A DNA stretch of 64,000 nucleotides from Podarcis gaigeae (taxonomy: Eukaryota). The first letter of the stretch is position 1, and each line of letters opens with the position of its first letter. The DNA lies in assembly GCA_964106915.2 (NCBI GenBank), contig OZ066914.1, one strand, 5' to 3'. The notes beneath the pieces are model-generated. The model was not told the origin of the DNA. It did no database searches and worked only from the letters and a program-made list of their open reading frames with translations. Positions 60,856 through 64,000 of this stretch are shown here, piece after piece. A program made the position numbers and the translations under genes.

Positions 60856-63449
60856 GTAAGTCACCTTTCATACAGCTTTTGCCTAGCAGGTTTATCAATC
60901 TTGTTCGATCTACGTAGTTTGCAAATGCAAGAAGAGAGGACAGGACAGATTTGTTGTAGTTCATGCTAATGTCTTGTCTAAATCTGAGCTTGATTGCCAG
61001 TCTCAGTTATCCCAGGATGGCGGGGGGGGGGGGGGGCCTAGTACTTTTCTGAACCAGGTCGGAAAAACCGAGGCTTTGCTAGTTTCTTTTGTGATCGAAA
61101 CAGTATTTAGGCATGATTCCTAAGCAAAGGCAAAATGAAGACAAAGAGCCAAGAATATTCTAAAGCTATATTCAGTGAGCTGAATGACTGAAGGCTTGAC
61201 AAACCCTATTCTCTGTGGCTGTTCTGTCTTCCTCTCACTGCCTCTGAATTGGTATTAGTTGTAATAGCTTTCTAATTGTTGAACCACTTTAAACTTTTTA
61301 ACTTAGACTCTTGCTTCATACACACTATGCCTTTAAAGCCCATTGGAAGCACATTTCCCTCTGCCCTCAAAGAATTCTGGGTGCTGTAGTTTATTAAGAG
61401 CTGCTGGGAATTGTAATTCTCTGAGGGATAAACAGCAGTGCCTATAATTCTTTGAGGGAAATAATGTGTTTCAAGACTGCTTTAAGTTTGCGAACACTCC
61501 ATACCTTTAGAGTATTAAATATCCACTGGATGTAATTGCATGAGATGATTTTATTTTTTTAAGGATTGTGGGTTGCTTTTGATGTTGATTGGAATGTCTT
61601 AATGGACCTCTAAAACTGAGAAACTTGAATTTACAACTTTGTTTTCCATCTGCCCACTCTTACTGTGCATTTGCTTGGGGATTCCTGCAAAGTGGATTTT
61701 TATTTTTTGCAAATAATGCTCTGCTAGGAAGGTGAAGCTTTAAGAATGAACTTGTTGCAATAATAAAGTATGATCTTCATATCACCCCTGGCTGAGAGGA
61801 AGGTGTTACACTCAGGCTTTTCTCCTGTCCTCCGGGAGGTTATGAGTAAAACACAGGTTTTATGAGCCTTTTAAACTGAGAGTTACTATGAAATATCCAA
61901 TTATTATATATACGTTGCAAAAGAATACGATTGCTAGTACTCTGAACTGAACTTTATATGGTAGCTTCTCATAATTCAGACATTTAGACATTTCCAAATC
62001 TGTGGAATTGGAGTTCAGATATGCATTTTATTGAGCTATGAAACTTTACTGCTCACTTCCTTCATTTTTTTCTTTCTTTTTTATCAATGATGAGAAAGAA
62101 AACTCCTGTTTTATTATGTCAACAGGAATGCTAGCCCAAATTAGGCTGCAGTTCAGTGAACACTTACTTGGGAGTAAGCTTCACTGAACTCAGTGAGACT
62201 AGCTTCTGAGTAGGCATGCAGAAGAGAAGAGTACACTTTTAATTGTTGGGTGAAAATGAACATATTGAAATCGGGCAGTTGCTCTTTCATAGAATGTTAT
62301 CATCTAAATTCAACTGTTACCCTGTGCTACCCTGTTAACCCAAACCAGCAAGTACAATGCATAATTTTGTCTAGATTAAAAATAGATGGCTGTTCCAGGA
62401 TGGTGGATGGCGGGGGGGATAGAACTTTGTGCCTCTGACTTGGCCTGTGAATACAGACCCAATTCTGTAGCCAAGCAGCAGGGCTTTTGCCTGAATACAG
62501 AGGACTTGGGGTTTGAACCTCAAAGCAGTTTATTCTGAGACCTTCACTAGAATCTTCCACTGATCTTAGGTGCCCCAGCCACCTGCACCAGGGATCCCGT
62601 TGACAGTGTGGAACATGCAGAGGGCAGCACCACAGATCTTTTGAATTCCCACGTCTGCATTTTCACTACCATTGGCACCAGGGGCTCAGTTTATGCGGCA
62701 GGGGAAAGGCCAAGGGGATGGAGTTCAGGAGGGGCCATTGAAGTGGAGCATACCTGAGTTGTTGCCTCCTGTGATCAGGAGATAGAAAGGCCACCAGTTT
62801 CTAAAGCTCTGAGCATTTGTAACTTCTTCAGGTTTATCAACAGCAATTTGTATCCATGGATTGGTGTTCTGATGAAAGAAGCGTGTGAGAGTGTGTATTG
62901 GTGTGTGTCTATTGCACATGTGCACAGTATACCAGTTCTCTGTGGGAGTGGATAGCCCCAAAATGTGTGGGCAGGGCTTCCTATGTGGTTTTAATTAAAT
63001 CTCCCGCCATTTATTTTATGAAAAATCTTTAGATGAGGTGATTGGTACATTGAAATACATTTTGAGTCAAGTTTTTAAGCAGCGGTGACAGAACAGTTCC
63101 TGTATATTTTGCAAAAAAATTTTTTTGTTTGAACCTATGGACTTTGTTACTTATTTTTGGTAGGACCTATGAACAGAAGAGCTTCCTTGTTGTGAGATTG
63201 TTGATCCATCTAGATCAGTCTTGTCTTCTGGCAACAGCTCTCCACATCCTCTGGCCAGGGGGTTTTCCAGCTCTGTTACCTGGAGGGTGTTGGGAATTGA
63301 ACTGGGACCTCACACCTGCAGGACACGTGTTCAGTAGAAATGCAATTTCAACCAAGTTGTGACTGGGGTTCTCTGCAGGGTTTACTGTAGGTACTTTCCT
63401 TCTCCCATTGTTATTTCAATAGATCTTCTGCATTTTCTTTGGAGAAGAT

Positions 63450-63604
63450 GTCCTGGATAGCTCAGCTGGTTAGAGTGTGGTGCTGATAACACCAAGGTTG
63501 CAGTTCGATCCCCATGTGGGACGGCTGCATATTCCTGCATTGCAGGGGGTTGGACTAGATGATCCTCAGAGCCCCTTCCAACTCTACAATTCTGTGAATC
63601 CATG
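63450..63604 (+). mobile_element. tRNA-Ile-headed SINE with CR1 3' tail
   Basis: TAGCTCAGCTGGTTAGAGTGTGGTGCTGATAACACCAAGGTTGCAGTTCGATCCCC followed by ATTCCTGCATTGCAGGGGGTTGGACTAGATGATCC...CCAACTCTACAATTCTGTG. Confidence 0.8.
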
Positions 63605-64000
63605 TTAAAGCCAGCTAGGTGGCAGGGCTTGCGTATGCCTGTCAGATCCCTAAAAATCTGTTCCACCTGAAGCAAGGTCTCCACAGAAACCTCCAGAGAG
63701 GCCTTCAACTGGCTTCTTGGCTGCTGCTATTTTTGTTTTCTCAACTTCATATTTAGAAATGAATTGTTTGAAATTCTATCCTACTTTCTCCCAAAATATG
63801 TTTAAAACAAAATATAATGACATGTAAAACTATCAAGACACTAGAAGACAGGATGCTTGCTGAGTGCATTTTGATGCATGATACATTGATACAACAATAC
63901 ATTCTGATACATTGTGTTGCTGGCAGGACTGGACGATATGTGGTTTTCAATATTGTGATATATATCCAGCTAAACATAACAATGTATCGATTTATCACAA

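Noticed and set aside
63450-63525. Apparent tRNA-Ile(GAT) gene (also about 3587-3660), and tRNA-Asn-like sequences at 31.1 and 31.9 kb
   Set aside because: Acceptor and T stems are degenerate and each runs directly into a CR1-derived tail, so these are SINE heads rather than functional tRNAs.

Overview
Vertebrate genomic DNA, almost certainly a squamate and probably a lacertid lizard, judged from the many Sauria/Squam1-type SINEs plus CR1, L2, L1 and Penelope remnants. Two genes face head-to-head, as in other tetrapods. SPAG16 (minus strand) has coding exons 1-5 at 21955->2737 and continues off the left edge. IKZF2/Helios (plus strand) has its CpG-island promoter, two upstream exons and first two coding exons at about 56.7-60.9 kb and continues off the right edge. 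The ~35 kb between them and the introns are repeat-rich. Almost all ORF-track entries are spurious or TE-derived; the real exons are mostly too short to appear in it. Most notable: a U12-type (minor spliceosome) first intron in SPAG16; an intact minimal hammerhead ribozyme motif in an inverted Penelope-like terminus; a full-length 1.66-kb RT-less L1-like element with a perfect 17-bp TSD; SINEs joining two different tRNA heads (Ile, Asn) to the same CR1 tail; and a micro-exon supplying an upstream in-frame ATG to IKZF2. I see no convincing evidence of a wholly new multi-gene system. Gene and family names come from remembered sequences, not from database searches.
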